Assembly (NCBI GenBank): GCA_026388095.1
Contig: JAPLKL010000018.1
Span: forward strand, 38,388-102,387
Reading direction: 5' to 3'
Origin: Elusimicrobiota bacterium
GTDB taxonomy: Bacteria > Elusimicrobiota > Elusimicrobia > UBA1565 > UBA9628
Length of the DNA: 64,000 nucleotides
Below the pieces are notes generated by a model. The model saw only the letters and a program-made list of their open reading frames with translations. It had not been told where the DNA came from and did not search any database. The translations under genes were made by a program, and so were the position numbers. This document shows, piece by piece, positions 32,314-43,126 of the stretch; position 1 is the first letter of the stretch; each line of letters opens with the position of its first letter.

Positions 32314-33477
32314 CTATTTCCCCTCCCGGCCGAGTATGCTGACCACCGACGAGCCGCAGGTCCCGCCCATGTTCTGGGCCAGGCCGACGCGCGCCTTGGA
32401 GAGCTGCCTCTCCCCGGCCGCGCCGCGCAGTTGCTCCACGAGCTCCACGATCTGAGCCACGCCGGTCGCCCCGACCGGGTGCCCCTTGGACTTCAGGCCT
32501 CCGGAGGTGTTGATGGGCTTGGAGCCCTTCAGGGCCGTGTGGCCCTGCTCCGTGAACTTCCCGCCCTGCCCCGGCTTGCAGAAGCCCAAAGCCTCTATGG
32601 CGCAGATCTCGGCGATGGTGAAGCAGTCGTGCACCTCGGCGAAATCGATGTCCTTGGGCGACTTGCCCGCCATCTTGTAGGCGCGCTGAGCGGCCAGCTC
32701 GGCGGCTTCCAGGCGGGTGATGTCCTCGCGCTGGGCCAAGGCCATGGCGTCCGCGGCCTGACCCACGCCCAGGACCTTCGCCAACGGCCCCTTCTTGAGC
32801 TTGGCCGCCAGCTCCACGGGCGCCAGCACCACGGCCGCGGCCCCATCCGTGATGGGCGAGCAGTCCAGCAGGCACAGAGGCTCGGCCACCTTGACCGAGT
32901 TCATGACGTCCTGCACGCTCACCTTCATCTTGAACTGGGCGTTGGGGTTGAGCAGGCCGTTGTCATGGTTCTTGGCCGCGACCATCGCCAACTGCTCGCG
33001 GGTGGTCCCGTACTTGTCCATGTGCGCGCGCGCCATCAAGGCGTAGAGGGCCGGGAAGGTGGCGCCCTGATACGCCTCGTAGTCGAAGTCCGCGGCCGTG
33101 GACAGGGCGAAGGTGGCTCCGTCGCCGGAGAGGTCAGTCATCTTCTCCACGCCGCCGACCAAAACGAAGTCGCTGGCGCCGGAAGCGACCTCCAGGACCC
33201 CCTGGCGGAAGGCGACTCCGCCCGAGGCGCAGGCCGACTCCACCCGGGTCGCGGGCACGCCTTTAAGGCCGGTATAGTCCGCGACCAAGGCGCCCACATG
33301 CTCCTGGCTGTTGAAGAGGCCGCCGCTCATGCAGCCCACCAGCAGAGAGTCGATGCGGGGCGCCCCGGAATCCTTGATGGCCTTCAGGGCGGCTTGCGCG
33401 AAAAGGTCGCGCAAGGAAGAGCGCCACAGCTCTCCCCAGGGCGACAGGCCGACGCCTATGACCGCTACTGGTCTCAT
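32314..33477 (-). CDS. acetoacetyl-CoA thiolase, archaeal/SCP-x-like type
   Basis: [16 protein letters not shown]...[16 protein letters not shown]...HDCFTIAEI...[14 protein letters not shown]. Start at the ATG at 33477, preceded by GGAGGAG. Confidence 0.85.
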   Translation of the reverse strand: MRPVAVIGVGLSPWGELWRSSLRDLFAQAALKAIKDSGAPRIDSLLVGCMSGGLFNSQEHVGALVADYTGLKGVPATRVESACASGGVAFRQGVLEVASGASDFVLVGGVEKMTDLSGDGATFALSTAADFDYEAYQGATFPALYALMARAHMDKYGTTREQLAMVAAKNHDNGLLNPNAQFKMKVSVQDVMNSVKVAEPLCLLDCSPITDGAAAVVLAPVELAAKLKKGPLAKVLGVGQAADAMALAQREDITRLEAAELAAQRAYKMAGKSPKDIDFAEVHDCFTIAEICAIEALGFCKPGQGGKFTEQGHTALKGSKPINTSGGLKSKGHPVGATGVAQIVELVEQLRGAAGERQLSKARVGLAQNMGGTCGSSVVSILGREGK

Positions 33478-33490
33478 CTTAGTGCTCCTC

Positions 33491-33566
33491 CGGATTCGGG
33501 GACACAATACTTAATTCCGTCCCGGCGTAAGTGCGCATATGAATTAAGTATTGTGTCCCTCAATTC
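33491..33566. repeat. 76-bp MITE-like hairpin element flanked by a 10-bp direct duplication
   Basis: Perfect 19-bp inverted repeat GGGACACAATACTTAATTC (33499-33517) / GAATTAAGTATTGTGTCCC (33541-33559), extendable with one mismatch to the element ends. Flanked by AGTGCTCCTC at 33481-33490 and 33567-33576. Confidence 0.55.
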
Positions 33567-34632
33567 AGTGCTCCTCGCTCATGCGGATCTTGCCGCGCAG
33601 CTTGGCGTAGGTGCCGTACTCCAGGTACTTGCGCCGGGGGCTCAGAAGCATGTCCCAGGTCTTCTTGGCCTTGTCCTGCACCTTGGGCAATGCCGCGGTG
33701 GCCTTGAACACGAAGCCGTCGCTGCCCGCGCCCGAGCCGTAGGAGATCATCAGCACGAGGTCTCCGGGCTTGGCCACGTCGAGGACCGCGGTCATGCCCA
33801 GCGGCGAGGCTCCGGAATAGGTGTTGCCGAGCTTGGGCACCAGGCAGCCGGTCTCGATCTGCTCTTTGGAGAAGCCCGTCACCTTGCCGGCGCGGTAAGG
33901 GAACTTGCCGTTGGGCTGATGGAAGACCACGTAGCGGAAATCCTTGGGCTTCAAGCTGGCCTTCTCCATGATCTCGTTGGTGCAGGAGACCACGTGCCGG
34001 AAATAGGCTTCCTCGCCCGTAAAGCGCCCCCCGTGCTTGGGGTAGAACATGTGCTCGCGCCGCCAGAAATCCGGCGTGTCGGTCATGTAGGCGTGGGTCT
34101 CAAGGAGTTCCGCAACCAGGGCTTCCCGGCCGAAGATGAAGGCCGCGGCGCCCGCAGCCGCGGAGTACTCCAGGGCGTCTCCGGGCGCGCCCTGGGAGGT
34201 GTCGGCGCCCACGCCCATGGCGTAGCGGCAGGCGCCGGAGCGCACCAGCTGGGAGGCGATGAACATGCCCTCCGAGCCGGCCTTGCAGGCGAACTCCAGG
34301 TCCGCGGTGTGGCAGTGCGGCACCGCGCCCAAGGCCTCGGCCAATATGGTCCCGGTGGGCTTGACCGCGTAGGGGTGCGACTCGCTGCCCACGTAGATGG
34401 CGCCGATGTCCTGGGGGTCCACGGGCGCCCTCTGCAGGGCCCGGCGCGCCGCTTCCACGGACATGGTGGCCGTGTCCTGGTCCGAGGAGGGCACGGATTT
34501 CTCCTCGAGCATGAGGCCGCGCTTGTAGGCGGCCGCGTCCGCGCCCCAGACTTTCGCGATCTCTTCGGCCTTGATGCGGTTGCGCGGGATGTCCGCGCCC
34601 CAGCCGACTATGCCGACCTTCACTTCTGCCAT
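33565..34632 (-). CDS. hydroxymethylglutaryl-CoA synthase, archaeal type
   Basis: MAEVKVGIVGWGADIPRNRI...ADLEFACKAGSEGM...VVFHQPNGKFP...GNTYSGASPLGM. Confidence 0.9.
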   Translation of the reverse strand: MAEVKVGIVGWGADIPRNRIKAEEIAKVWGADAAAYKRGLMLEEKSVPSSDQDTATMSVEAARRALQRAPVDPQDIGAIYVGSESHPYAVKPTGTILAEALGAVPHCHTADLEFACKAGSEGMFIASQLVRSGACRYAMGVGADTSQGAPGDALEYSAAAGAAAFIFGREALVAELLETHAYMTDTPDFWRREHMFYPKHGGRFTGEEAYFRHVVSCTNEIMEKASLKPKDFRYVVFHQPNGKFPYRAGKVTGFSKEQIETGCLVPKLGNTYSGASPLGMTAVLDVAKPGDLVLMISYGSGAGSDGFVFKATAALPKVQDKAKKTWDMLLSPRRKYLEYGTYAKLRGKIRMSEEH

Positions 34633-34660
34633 GGAGCCTCCGGAAGGGCCTAATTACATT

Positions 34661-35163
34661 CTACTTCTTAAAAGCGATGAGGCACTGCCCCACCTCGATC
34701 TGCTTGCCCTCCACGGCCAGGACTTGCTCAACGGTGCCGGGGCGCGGGGCCTTGAACTCGAACTCGATCTTCATGGAATCGATGATGACCACGGGCTGGC
34801 CCTTCTTGACCTCGTCGCCCGGCTTGACCAGGACCTTGACCACGCGGCCGGGCAAGGGCGAGTTCATGACGGGCTCGTCGGCCTCGCCGTGGTCCCCGTC
34901 GGCCACGGAATGGGCCGCGTCCTCCTCCCGTAGATGGAAGCTCTCGCCGTCGATCTGCAGGAAGACTTCCTTGTCCCGGCGCGCCCAATCCACCACCAGC
35001 TGGCGGCCGGGCAGGCGCAGGAGGAAGCGGTTGCCGCCCAAAGAGACGGTGGAGACCTCCACCTCTGGCTGGCCTTCCAGGCGCACCAGGAAGCGCTGCC
35101 CTTCCTTGCGCACCGTGTAGGTCTGGCGCAGGGACTCGCCGGCGCGGAAGAATCGGTGCTCCA

Positions 35164-35164
<1 letters not shown>
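34661..35164 (-). CDS. biotin carboxyl-carrier protein (stand-alone C-terminal part of a methylcrotonyl-CoA carboxylase alpha chain)
   Basis: Biotinyl-lysine context VVIIDSMKIEFEFKAP. The start MEHRFF at 35164 shares 1 nt with the biotin carboxylase stop. Confidence 0.7.
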
Positions 35165-36643
<1,479 letters not shown>

Positions 36644-36657
<14 letters not shown>

Positions 36658-37429
36658 AGGGCTTCTTCTCCAAGAAAGAATGCATCCCCTTCTGCGCCTC
36701 GGCTCCGGCGCGCAGCTTGGCGATGACCTCCACTGCGTACTCCAGGGCGGCGTCGAGGCTTTGCCCGGGCACCCGCTCCAGGAGCTCTTTGACCACGGCC
36801 TGGGCGCCGGGCGCGGCCTCGGCCAGGCTGGCGGCGATGCGCTTGGCGCGGGGGATGAGCCCCTCGGGAGAGACGACCTCGTCGACCAGGCCGAGCTGGA
36901 GGGCCGCGGCCGCGTCGAAGCGCTCGCCCGAGAGCATGTAGCGGCGCAGGGCCCCAGCGGGAGCCCGGCGCAGGAGGAAGGGGGAGATGCAGGCCGGCAC
37001 CAGGCCCAGGCGCACCTCGCTGAGGCTGAAGACCGCGACGGTGGAGGCGACTGCGATGTCGCAGGCGCCCAGGAAGCCCATGCCTCCGCCTATGGCCGCG
37101 CCGTTGACCGCGGCGATGGTGGGCTTCTTCATCGAGTAGAGGGCCTTGAAGGCGTCGGCTATGGCCTGGGAGTCGCGCCGGTTCTCCGGAAGGGTATAGT
37201 CCACCACCTCCCGCATCCAGGCCAGGTCCGCGCCGGCGCAGAAGGACTTGCCCCGGCCGCTGAGCACGAGCACGCGCACCGAGCGGTCCTGGTCGATCTC
37301 CGTGAAGGCCCGGGCCAGCTCTTTGAGCAGATGGGAGTCGAAGGAATTGCGCTTCTCCGGCCGGGCCAGCCACAAGAGCATGGTCGTGCCTTCGCGCTCG
37401 AGCTCGAGGGTGCTGTAGCGGGTCGTCAT
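36644..37429 (-). CDS. methylglutaconyl-CoA hydratase (enoyl-CoA hydratase family)
   Basis: C-terminal 261 aa of track ORF 36644..37765, from [30 protein letters not shown]. Contains GRGKSFCAGADLAWM and GGGMGFLGACD. Lies between the carboxyltransferase and the biotin carboxylase. Confidence 0.85.
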
Positions 37430-39060
37430 CACATCCTGTAGAGGCTGGGCGCGAAGTCCGGTATGGGGGCGTTGAGAGACATCGCGATGGAGAGGCCCAA
37501 GGCGGTGCGGGTGTCCGCGGGGTCGAGTATCCCGTCGTCCCAGAGCCGGGCCGTGCTGTAGAGGGAGTGGCCCTCGCGCTCGTATTTCTCCAGGATGGGG
37601 CGCTTGAACTCGTCCTGCTGCTCCTGGGACATGGGCTTGCCGGCTTTCTCCTGCTGGGCGGCCTTGACCGTGCACAGGACGTTGGCCGCCTGCTCTCCAC
37701 CCATGACCGAGATGCGCGCCATGGGCCACATCCACAAGAGGCGGGGGTCGTAGGCCCGGCCGCACATGCCGTAGTTGCCGGCCCCGTAGGAGCCGCCCAT
37801 GATGATGGTGAACTTGGGCACGTTGGCGTTGGAGACCGCGGTCACCATCTTGGCACCGTCCTTGGCGATGCCGCCGCGCTCGTAGCTCTTGCCCACCATG
37901 TAGCCGGTGATGTTCTGGAAGAAGAGCAGGGGGATCTTGCGGAAGCAGCAGAGCTCGATGAAGTGAGTGGCCTTGAGCGCGCTCTCCGAGAAGAGGATGC
38001 CGTTGTTGGCGAGTATGCCCACGGGATAGCCCATGATGCGGGCCATGCCGCAGACCAAGGTGGTCCCGTAGAGCTTCTTGAACTCGTGGAAGCGGGAGCC
38101 GTCTACGATGCGGGCGATGATCTCGCGCATGTCGAACTGCTTGCGGATGTCCTTGGGGATGACGCCGTAGAGTTCCTCGGGAGCGTAGGCGGGCTCTTCA
38201 GGCGCGCAGGCGCCGATGTCGGCCCGGGGCCGGTTGCCGAGGTTCTCGACGGCGTTGCGCGCCATGCGCAAGGCCGCGGCCTCGTCGTTGGCGTAGTGGT
38301 CGGAGACTCCGGAGATCTTGCAGTGCACGTCCGCGCCGCCCAGGTCCTCGGCGGAGACGTCCTCGCCCGTGGCGGCTTTGACCAGCGGGGGTCCGGCCAG
38401 GAAGATGGTGGCCTGCTTGCGCACCATGATGGTCTCGTCGCTCATGGCCGGGATGTAGGCGCCGCCAGCCGTGCAGGAGCCGAGCACCACGGAGATCTGG
38501 GGGATGTTCTTGGCCGAGAGCTGGGCCTGGTTGAAGAAGATGCGGCCGAAGTGGTCGCGGTCCGGGAAGACTTGGTCCTGGAGCGGCAGGAAGGCGCCGC
38601 CGGAGTCCACGAGATAGACGCAGGGCAGGTTGTTCTCCAGGGCGATGTCCTGGGCGCGCAGGTGCTTTTTGACGGTGATGGGGTAGTAGGTGCCGCCCTT
38701 GACCGTGGCGTCGTTGGCGATGACCATGACGTGGCGGCCGTTGACCACGCCGATGCCGGTGACGAGGCCGGCGGCGGGCGGAGAGTCCGGGCCGTAGACT
38801 TCGCGGGCGGCCAGGCCGGAGAGCTCCAAGAAGGGGGTGTCGGGGTCGAGGAGGACTTCCAGGCGCTCGCGGACCAGGAGCTTCTTGCGGGACTTGTGGA
38901 GCTCGCGCGTGGCCTGGGGCCCGCCGAGCTTGGCCTCTTCGGAGAGGGCGCGGAACTTCTCGACCACGCCGCGGTTGTGCTCGACGTTCTCCTTGAATTG
39001 GGCGCTGGAGGTGTCTATCTGGGAGGTGAGTTTATCCATGGGACTGGCTGATTCTACCAA
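37429..39060 (-). CDS. methylcrotonyl-CoA carboxylase beta chain (carboxyltransferase)
   Basis: [19 protein letters not shown]...[14 protein letters not shown]...[10 protein letters not shown]...[16 protein letters not shown]. The TTG at 39060 has a GGGGGA Shine-Dalgarno about 4 nt upstream. Alternative ATG at 39039. Confidence 0.9.
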   Translation of the reverse strand: MVESASPMDKLTSQIDTSSAQFKENVEHNRGVVEKFRALSEEAKLGGPQATRELHKSRKKLLVRERLEVLLDPDTPFLELSGLAAREVYGPDSPPAAGLVTGIGVVNGRHVMVIANDATVKGGTYYPITVKKHLRAQDIALENNLPCVYLVDSGGAFLPLQDQVFPDRDHFGRIFFNQAQLSAKNIPQISVVLGSCTAGGAYIPAMSDETIMVRKQATIFLAGPPLVKAATGEDVSAEDLGGADVHCKISGVSDHYANDEAAALRMARNAVENLGNRPRADIGACAPEEPAYAPEELYGVIPKDIRKQFDMREIIARIVDGSRFHEFKKLYGTTLVCGMARIMGYPVGILANNGILFSESALKATHFIELCCFRKIPLLFFQNITGYMVGKSYERGGIAKDGAKMVTAVSNANVPKFTIIMGGSYGAGNYGMCGRAYDPRLLWMWPMARISVMGGEQAANVLCTVKAAQQEKAGKPMSQEQQDEFKRPILEKYEREGHSLYSTARLWDDGILDPADTRTALGLSIAMSLNAPIPDFAPSLYRM

Positions 39061-39277
39061 ACTTTCCCCCTTTTGCAGGCCCCGGTTCTTTGCTGTTACG
39101 CGGTTCCGACGCGAAGCGTCGGAACCCGCCCGGATGCGCGCAGCGCATCTGGGCCATTCCTCGGCTGGTCACTTCCGTTTCTTAGGAAAGCGCCGCGGAC
39201 AAGCTCAGGCCGTCTGTCGAGAGCGGGGAGAAGTGCTAGGCCGTCCGGCCAGGCGGCATTCCATAAATAGAAGATGC

Positions 39278-39305
39278 CTTGACATTGCCGTTATGACTGT
39301 TATAA
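39278..39305 (+). promoter_or_regulatory. near-consensus sigma-70 promoter of the phd/doc module
   Basis: TTGACA (39278-39283), 16-nt spacer, TATAAT (39300-39305). GGAGG lies 5 nt before the ATG at 39331. The half-sites TTATGACTG and TAATGACAG overlap the -10. Confidence 0.55.
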
Positions 39306-39330
39306 TGACAGTGTACTAACGGAGGCAGCC

Positions 39331-39558
39331 ATGGTTAAATTCCTCACCAGAGTCGGCAACAGCGAAGCACTCGTCATAGACAAGGCGATACTCTCCCTTC
39401 TTCACATATCCGAGACCACGCCCCTGGAGATCACGACAGACGGCAAAAATTTGGTCATCTCTCCGATTTCAGAACCCGGCCAGGTCAAAGAGGCGGTGAA
39501 GGCCTATCGTGCCGTGAAAAAGCGGTTCGGCCGCGCGCTGAAGCGGCTGGCGGACTAA
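39331..39558 (+). CDS. AbrB/SpoVT-fold antitoxin (Phd-like partner of Doc)
   Basis: 75 aa. VKFLTRVGNSEALVIDKAILSLL is a swapped-hairpin AbrB-like N terminus. The stop abuts the doc ATG. Confidence 0.8.
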   Translation: MVKFLTRVGNSEALVIDKAILSLLHISETTPLEITTDGKNLVISPISEPGQVKEAVKAYRAVKKRFGRALKRLAD

Positions 39559-39960
39559 ATGTCGCCGCGATTCCTCTCTCTCGCGGAAGTCCTCGAGTTC
39601 CACGAGGACTTGGTCCGCTCCTTCGGAGGGAAACCCGGCATCCGAGACCTGGCACTGTTGGAGTCCGCAGTGGCCATGCCGCAAAGCGGATCAGGGAAGG
39701 AGTACTTTCATGAGTTCCCTTTCGGAATGGCGGCGGCCTATGCATACCACATAGCCCAGAATCATGCATTCGTCGACGGGAACAAGAGGGCCGCTCTGGC
39801 AACCGCGCTGGTCTTCTTGGAGATCAATGGATATCCCGTACTGGGCGGCGAAGATGAGTTGGAGGCAGCCACCCGAAAAGTCGCCTCGGGGAAGATGGAC
39901 AAGGACGGCTTTGCAGGCATGCTTGAGAAGACCTACAGACGCTATAAGGGCGGAGCCTGA
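39559..39960 (+). CDS. doc: Doc (death-on-curing) toxin, Fic/Doc family
   Basis: Doc motif HAFVDGNKRAAL. 133 aa. Confidence 0.85.
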   Translation: MSPRFLSLAEVLEFHEDLVRSFGGKPGIRDLALLESAVAMPQSGSGKEYFHEFPFGMAAAYAYHIAQNHAFVDGNKRAALATALVFLEINGYPVLGGEDELEAATRKVASGKMDKDGFAGMLEKTYRRYKGGA

Positions 39961-40246
39961 GTTGCAGGGCATGCCCAACATTCGCATGAGCCGCCCGCTC
40001 AAGCGGTCGGCCCATGCGCCCGGCGGCGGCTCAGCGTTTCGTTCGACAGCTCTAGCATAACGGCCAGGTCGAGGATGCCCCTATTCGACATCGCTTGGAC
40101 GCCAAGTCGCCCAGCAGGGACAAAAGACTTGAAGTCCCGCATGAGAACCTCGAGTCAGGGCGTCCGGCGCCAGCCACAGCCTGTGTCCTAAAAACGGAGA
40201 GTGGCCGCCCACCCAATGGCCCAGACTCGCTGCGCTCGTCTGGGCG

Positions 40247-40271
40247 GGTCCTGCGCTAACGGCGCAGGACC
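40247..40271 (-). terminator. GC-rich hairpin 16 nt after the dehydrogenase stop; candidate terminator without an adjacent U-tract
   Basis: GGTCCTGCGC (40247-40256) / GCGCAGGACC (40262-40271), 5-nt loop. Confidence 0.3.
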
Positions 40272-40286
40272 TCGGGACGGCAACGG

Positions 40287-41447
40287 CTACTCGTAGCAGC
40301 CGATGGCGCGGGCGATGACCAGGCGCTGGATCTCCGAGGTCCCCTCGCCCACCTCGAGCAGCTTCTGGTCGCGGAAGAACCGCTCGATCTGGAACTCGCC
40401 CATGAAGCCGTAGCCCCCGAAGAGCTGCAGGCCGTGCGTCACGCACAGCCGCGCCACCTCGGCGCAGTTCAGCTTGGCCATGGCCGACTCCCGGGCGTAA
40501 GGCCGGCCCTGGTCCTTGAGCCAGCAAGCCTGGTACAGGTAGAGCCGGGCGTGCTCGATCTGCGTGGCCATGTCCGCCAGCTTGAAGGCGTTGGCCTGGA
40601 AGGTCGAGATCGCCGCGCCGAACTGCTTGCGCTGCTTGGCGTAGGCCAAAGCCAGCTCGAAGGCGCCCTGCGCGCAGCCCAGGCCCATGGCCGCGATGGA
40701 AAGCCTCCCCGCGTCCAAAGTCCCCAGCATCTGCTTGAAGCCCTCGCCCTGCTTGCCCAGCACCTGCGCGTCGGGAAGCTTCACCTTGTCGAAGTACAGC
40801 TCGCCCGTGTCCGAGGCGCGCCAGAGCAGCTTGTCGTGCATCTGCTTGGTGGTGTAGCCCGGCGTGCCCTTCTCGAGCAGGAAGCAGGTGTACTCCTTCT
40901 TGCCGTCCGCCCGCTTGCCGCTGACCGCCTGCACCGTCGCGCCCAAGGAGCAGTCCACGGTGGCGTTGGTGATGAAGACCTTGGCGCCGCTGAGCTGCCA
41001 GCCCCCGTCCACCTTCGTGGCCTTGGTCTGGGTCCCCCCCGCGTCGGAGCCCGCCTCCGGCTCGGTCAGGGCGAAGGCCCAGACATGGTCTCCCGAGCAC
41101 AGCCTGGGCAGGTACTTCTCCTTCTGCTCCGCATTGCCGAAATCGTGGATGGGCCCCACGCCCAAAGAGTTGTGCGCCGCCAAGGTCGCGGCCTGCGAGC
41201 CGTCCACCCGGGCCATCTCCTCCACCGCGATGATGTAGGAGACGTAGTCCATTCCCTGGCCGCCGTACTCCGGCTCGATCTGCATGCCGAAGAGGCCCAT
41301 CTCCCCCATGCGCTTGGTCAACTGTGCGGAGAACTCCTCCTTGCGGTCCAGGTCGTGGGCCGCCGGCCGGACCTCCTTTTCCGCGAAGGCGCGCACCGTG
41401 TCGCGGATCATCTTATGGTCTTCGGTCAGATCGAATGATAGTGGCAT
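40287..41447 (-). CDS. acyl-CoA dehydrogenase (isovaleryl-CoA dehydrogenase candidate by context)
   Basis: C-terminal 386 aa of track ORF 40287..43007, from MPLSFDLTEDHKMIRDTVRAFAEKEV. Contains ALTEPEAGSDAGG and FGGYGFMGEFQIERFFRDQKLLEVGEGTSEIQRLVIA. Confidence 0.9.
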   Translation of the reverse strand: MPLSFDLTEDHKMIRDTVRAFAEKEVRPAAHDLDRKEEFSAQLTKRMGEMGLFGMQIEPEYGGQGMDYVSYIIAVEEMARVDGSQAATLAAHNSLGVGPIHDFGNAEQKEKYLPRLCSGDHVWAFALTEPEAGSDAGGTQTKATKVDGGWQLSGAKVFITNATVDCSLGATVQAVSGKRADGKKEYTCFLLEKGTPGYTTKQMHDKLLWRASDTGELYFDKVKLPDAQVLGKQGEGFKQMLGTLDAGRLSIAAMGLGCAQGAFELALAYAKQRKQFGAAISTFQANAFKLADMATQIEHARLYLYQACWLKDQGRPYARESAMAKLNCAEVARLCVTHGLQLFGGYGFMGEFQIERFFRDQKLLEVGEGTSEIQRLVIARAIGCYE

Positions 41448-41540
41448 GGACCAAGGATATGAAATGGGCCGGAACCAAGTCAAAAAGAGCGAAGTTCCGG
41501 CCCGCAGGATTTGACATTGATTTGAGTATCGGCGATTACA

Positions 41541-43121
41541 ATGTCCAGAAAGAAGGATCCCATGCCCAGCCAGCCTGAGCCCCCGCTGCCGGAGGAGCGC
41601 TTCCGCGCCATCATGGACGGCCTGCTGGAAGGCTGCCAGGTCATCGGCCGCGACTGGCGGTACCTCTACATCAATGACGCCGCGGAGCGCCACAACCGCC
41701 GGCCCAAGGCCGAGCTCATCGGCCGGCGCTACATGGACATGTGGCCGGGCATCGAATCCACGCCGGCCTTCGCCGCCATCCGGCTCTGCCTGGAGGAAGG
41801 CACGGCCCAGAGCGTGGACAACCAGTTCACCTTCCCCGACGGGACCGCAGGGTGGTTCAAGCTGAGCATCCAGCCGGTGCCGGAGGGCGCGTTCATCCTC
41901 TCCATGGACGTCACCGAGGCCAAGTCCGCCAACGAAGCCCTGCGCGCCGCTCGCAAGGCCGCGCTCGACCTCACCGAGGACGCGGTCGCGGCGCGGGCCC
42001 GCGCGCAGGCCGCCCGCGAGGAATGGGAGCACACCTTCAACGCGGTCCCGGACCTCATCGCCGTGCTCGACGCCCGCCACCGCATCCGGCGCGTCAACAA
42101 GGCCATGGCCGACCGCCTGGGCCTCTCGCCCGGAGACTGCGTGGGCCGGGCCTGCCACGAGACGGTTCACGGGAGCTCCCACCCGTTCGGCGCCTGCCCG
42201 CACGCCCTGACCTGCTCCGACGGCAAGGAGCATTTCGCGGAGGTCCACGAGGACCGCCTGCACGGCGACTTCCTGGTCAGCACCACTCCCATCTTCGACG
42301 AGGCCGGTCGGGTGACGGGAGCCGTGCACGTGGCGCGCGACATCACCGAGGCCAAGAAAGCCGAGGCCGAGCTGCGCGAGGCCGCCAAGCTGCGCACGGA
42401 CCTCATCTCGCTGATCAACCACGAGTACGCCAACGGCCTGACCAACATGAGGCTGGCCCTGGCCCTGCTGCGCGGCACCGGCCGGCTGGACGCCAGCGCC
42501 AGCCACGCCCACGAGGTCATGCTGCGGACGTTGGATAAGCTCAAGGGCTACACCGAGAACTTCCTCAACCTGCACCGCCTGGAGTCCGGGACCTTCGACC
42601 TGTCCCTCCAGCCGACGTCCATCCGCTCCGTCCTGCTCGACGACCTGGTCACCTTGACCCCCCTGGCCGAAGCCAAGAAGCAGAGCCTGAGCCTGCAGAC
42701 CGGGTTCCCGGAGGATCTGCCGGTCGCGGTCCGGGCCGACCCCGACTGCCTCTCGCTGATCATCAACAACCTGGTCACCAACGCGGTGAAGTACACGCCC
42801 GAGGGCGGGCGCATCGCCATCCGGGTCTCCGTGGAGAAGACCGTCCCCCCGCAGGTGCGCTTCTCCATCGAGGACACCGGCATCGGCCTGTCCGCCGAAG
42901 ACCGCGAGCGCGTCCTCTCGGGCCCCTACCGCACGGAGGAGGGCAAGCAGTTGGCCAAGGGCTTCGGCGTGGGCTTGGTCCTGGTCCGCCAGCTCCTGCA
43001 GAAGCACGGCAGCCGGCTGGTAGTCGAAAGCGAGCCAGGCCGGGGCTCGCGCTTCTCCTTCTGCCTGCCCGTGTGGGCCGACGCCCCGTCTCCGAGCCCG
43101 CCTTCCAGAATGCTATCCTAG
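41541..43121 (+). CDS. cytoplasmic double-PAS sensor histidine kinase
   Basis: Two PAS-like segments (ERFRAIMDGLLEG... and EHTFNAVPDLIAVLD...). H-box LINHEYANGL. HATPase N and G boxes (NLVTNAVKYTP, DTGIGLS, GFGVGL). Alternative start at 41562. Confidence 0.8.
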   Translation: MSRKKDPMPSQPEPPLPEERFRAIMDGLLEGCQVIGRDWRYLYINDAAERHNRRPKAELIGRRYMDMWPGIESTPAFAAIRLCLEEGTAQSVDNQFTFPDGTAGWFKLSIQPVPEGAFILSMDVTEAKSANEALRAARKAALDLTEDAVAARARAQAAREEWEHTFNAVPDLIAVLDARHRIRRVNKAMADRLGLSPGDCVGRACHETVHGSSHPFGACPHALTCSDGKEHFAEVHEDRLHGDFLVSTTPIFDEAGRVTGAVHVARDITEAKKAEAELREAAKLRTDLISLINHEYANGLTNMRLALALLRGTGRLDASASHAHEVMLRTLDKLKGYTENFLNLHRLESGTFDLSLQPTSIRSVLLDDLVTLTPLAEAKKQSLSLQTGFPEDLPVAVRADPDCLSLIINNLVTNAVKYTPEGGRIAIRVSVEKTVPPQVRFSIEDTGIGLSAEDRERVLSGPYRTEEGKQLAKGFGVGLVLVRQLLQKHGSRLVVESEPGRGSRFSFCLPVWADAPSPSPPSRMLS

Positions 43122-43126
43122 GTCCG

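Noticed and set aside
39691-40060. ORFs 39691..40002 (-), 39764..40060 (+) and 39824..40015 (-) around the end of doc
   Set aside because: They overlap the well-supported doc gene or lie in the silent spacer. They have no ribosome-binding site and no recognisable motif.
41511-41542. TTGACA ... TACAAT as the promoter for the PAS kinase
   Set aside because: The spacer is 20 nt and the -10 candidate overlaps the annotated ATG. It is not convincing enough to report as a feature.
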